This document shows, piece by piece, positions 61,535 through 64,000 of a stretch of DNA of 64,000 nt. Numbering within the stretch: the stretch's first letter is position 1; each line of letters starts with the position of its first letter. Origin of the DNA: Macrostomum hystrix (Eukaryota > Animalia > Platyhelminthes); the NCBI GenBank assembly GCA_950097015.1, contig CATNEN010000003.1, forward strand, positions 8,804,001 to 8,868,000, written 5' to 3'. Below the pieces are notes generated by a model, which was given only the letters and a program-made list of their open reading frames with translations, searched no databases and was not told the origin of the DNA. A program made the translations under genes and the position numbers.

Positions 61535-63064
61535 TTAGTAGTTATTTTTGCCGCTGTCAGACATATCGCGGTTTGAAGCGCAGTAGTCGCAATAAGCGAA
61601 ACCGGCGTGCATGGTCTCCAGATGATCCTGGCGCGTGTGTACCAGACAGGCCTTCAATAGACGGCCGTCTAAACCATTCGGATGTAACTCAGTTTGGGAT
61701 AAACCAGTTGGCACAAAGAATAGCTCCAGATGATAGGCTAAATCCGGTAGTAGCTTTGTAGGGCCAGTCGCCGCATCAAATGTGCTACTATTAGTAGGAG
61801 GAGCGGTAGATGTTATTCGACGACAAAATCCGTACATGACGCGATTCCTGACGGCTTCATAAAATGCTTTGTCCGCGCTTAGTCCAGAGTCTGTAGCAAC
61901 GAAATAGTATTAGGAATAAACTCAATTCATTGATAGCATAATAACTATAATGTATATAATAATACAATAAAAAGGGATCATAGTTAGAGGTGAAATAGCG
62001 GACAGCGGAAGGGAAAGTAGAGAGCGGACGACTGAGGGGAAGGGAGAGGGTAGAGAGCGGAAGACTGGGGAAGGGAGAGGGTAGAGAGCGGAAGACTGGG
62101 GGAAGGGAGAGGATAGAGAGCGGAAGACTAGGGAAGGGAGAAGATAGAGAGCGGAAGACTGGGGGGAAGGGAGAGGGTAGAGAGCGGAAGACTAGGGAAG
62201 GGAGAAGATAGAGAGCGGAAGACTGGGGGGAAGGGAGAGGGTAGAGAGCGGAAGACTGGGGGAAGGGAGAGGGTAGAGAGCGGAAGACTAGGGAAGGGAG
62301 AAGATAGAGAGCGGAAGACTGGGGGAAGGGCGAGAGTAGAGAGCGGCAGAGTGGGGGAAGGACAGGGTAGAGAGCGGAAGACTGGGGAAAGGAGAGTAGA
62401 CAGCGGAAGACTGGGGGGAAGGAGAGAGTAGAGAGCGGAAGACTGGGGGAAGGAGAGAGTAGAGAGCGGAATATTGGATGAATGGAGTAGAAAGTGGAAG
62501 AATGGAGGAAATGGGAGAAACAGGCCGAAAAGAAAGGGAGATTGGAATTAAACAGCTGAAACGATTAGGCGCAAAACAGATCAGCAAGTTATCTTGACAC
62601 ACACCCGGCCTAGGATAAACGTTAGCTAATTTGCCAAACAATGCGCTCGACTCCAATTCGCAAAACTTCTTCAACAGTCGAGCAACCCGGTCCAACGCTA
62701 AGCTAGGAATAGTCACGACTTCGCCGAAATCAATTAGATAAAATGTTAATTCGCTATTATTACATCCGTTCAACAATGTCCGATAGCCACTAATCAGTCT
62801 GGCCCTGTACCATTCGTCATAGGCCAACAGAGCGTAGAGGCAGCCAACGGTGAGCTTGTTGGGACAGACCAACTGTGCGCCTAGGGGCGATGCGTAGTAA
62901 TGTTTCATAGCCAGCATGAGTTGATCCAGTTTTTCGTAATCTTCTTCTAGGACAAAGTAGAAGCTATTCAAAGAATTGACGAACAGCACACGCAGGGGTA
63001 TGGCAAACTGATTCTGCGGACTGGCCAATTGCATTCTCACTCTGCTGCTAGGAGAGTCGGTCAT
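61535..63064 (-). CDS. Extended Tudor domain protein A. Exons 63064-62605 and 61890-61535 (~271 aa)
   Basis: VLFVNSLNSFYF...LDQLMLAM...LYALLAYDEWYRARL...YLIDFGE...KFCELESSALFGKLANV. Phase-1 intron G|GTGTGT...CTACAG|AC in frame with the 61837 ORF. Confidence 0.82.
62000..62480. repeat. ~32-bp G/A-rich minisatellite (AGAGAGCGGAAGACTGGGGGAAGGGAGAGGGT) in Tudor A intron
   Basis: Tandem copies. Confidence 0.93.
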
Positions 63065-63113
63065 TTCACAAAGCAACTGAAAAAATATAAATACAATATA
63101 ATACAATACAATA

Positions 63114-63232
63114 CACCCACCCTCAATTTATTTCTTAAAAGCCGAGTGAACTGAAGCAATGCAGAGTAAAGGGTCTTGTTGTGAAAGGACCACGACCTTC
63201 AAGTCCATTGACCACAAGACCACAACTCCATT
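63114..63232 (-). mobile_element. SINE family A, deleted fragment
   Basis: GTGAACTGAAGCAATGCAGAGT and GACCTTCAAGTC match copy 2. Confidence 0.6.
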
Positions 63233-63244
63233 GTGAAGGGAATG

Positions 63245-63850
63245 AGCAGTTTAGGGAATATGCAGTTTAGCAAATGTGCCGTTTAGCGAATGTGCAGTTT
63301 AGGGAATGTGCAGTTTAGGGAATGTGCAGTTTAGAGAATGTGTAGTTTAGGGAATGTGCAGTTTAGAGAATGTGTAGTTTAGAGAATGTGCAGTTTAGGG
63401 AATGTGCAGTTTAGAGAATGTATAGTTTAGGGAATGTGCAGTTTAGAGAATGTGCAGTTTAGAGAACGTGTAGTTTAGGGAATGTGCAGTTTAGAGATTG
63501 TGCAGTTTAGAGAATGTATAGTTTAGGGAATGTGCAGTTTAGAGAATGTATAGTTTAGGGAATGTGCAGTTTAGGGATTGTGTAGTTTAGAGAATGTGCA
63601 GTTTAGGGATTGTGTATTTTAGAGAATGTGCAGTTTAGGGAACGTATAGTTTAGAGAATGTATAGTTTAGGGAATGTGCAGTTTAGAGAATGTATAGTTT
63701 AGGGAATGTGCAGTTTAGAGAATGTTTAGTTTAGAGAATGTGCAGTTTAGGGAACGTGCAGTTAGAGAATGTATAGTTTAGGGAATGTGCAGTTAAGGGA
63801 ATGTGTAGTTTTGGGAATTCGCAGTTTAGGGAATGTGCAGTTAAGGGAGA
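63245..63850. repeat. 16-bp minisatellite (GTTTAGRGAATGTGCA)
   Basis: About 37 copies. Confidence 0.95.
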
Positions 63851-63901
63851 TGAATTCATTAACCAATATGAATTCGAAATGGAGGTTTATACAAAGCAGT
63901 T

Positions 63902-63970
63902 TTAATTGTCCTTGTCACCACTTTCTTCGACAGAATCGATGAATATCTTGACGATTCTGACATCGTACAG
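63902..63970 (-). CDS. Possible terminal exon of an upstream gene (LYDVRIVKIFIDSVEESGDKDN*)
   Basis: Acceptor TTTCAAAG| followed by a 22-codon frame ending in TAA; no homology recognised. Confidence 0.2.
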   Translation of the reverse strand: MYDVRIVKIFIDSVEESGDKDN

Positions 63971-64000
63971 CTTTGAAATTTAGTTAATCACAAAATACAG

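Noticed and set aside
62288-62604. C-terminal S/P/L-rich part of the 272-aa ORF
   Set aside because: Read-through into the intron and its GA-rich satellite past the donor at 62605.
63864-63963. ATG-initiated first exon for Tudor A (MSESSRY...)
   Set aside because: Its donor is phase 1 while the acceptor at 63076 is phase 0.

Overview
Eukaryotic (animal) genomic DNA with spliceosomal introns. Gene style (poly-Q/A/S insertions, a different minisatellite in most introns, closely spaced co-oriented genes) suggests an invertebrate, plausibly a Macrostomum-like flatworm; this identification is inference only. Gene models were built by hand from splice sites and homology. Minus-strand cluster: DPH6 (5 exons, with RidA/YjgF domains), intronless ACBD5-like, and a divergent 8-exon beta-catenin. 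Next comes a ~14 kb transposon island: a Merlin element with 38-bp TIRs and an 8-bp TSD, a 5'-truncated but ORF2-intact RTEX-like LINE, a second Merlin remnant and an old LINE remnant. Plus-strand cluster: a 2-exon coiled-coil gene with a shugoshin-like N-terminus, PSMB4 (10.7-kb intron) and a TDA3-like FAD oxidoreductase. These are followed by an intronless PAN + C-type lectin gene and two tandem single extended-Tudor genes on the minus strand. About 18 unrelated tandem arrays, two tRNA-derived SINE families and several MITEs fill introns and spacers. Most notable: (1) the beta-catenin appears to keep the S37/T41/S45-type phospho-relay but lacks the DSG beta-TrCP degron and one Arm repeat; (2) the operon-like clusters have unpaired splice acceptors before the ATGs, suggesting SL trans-splicing; (3) several intronic satellites are built from branch-point/3'-splice-site-like units; (4) one satellite expanded inside a hAT-type MITE. 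Most long ORFs in the supplied track that lie over repeats are artefacts.
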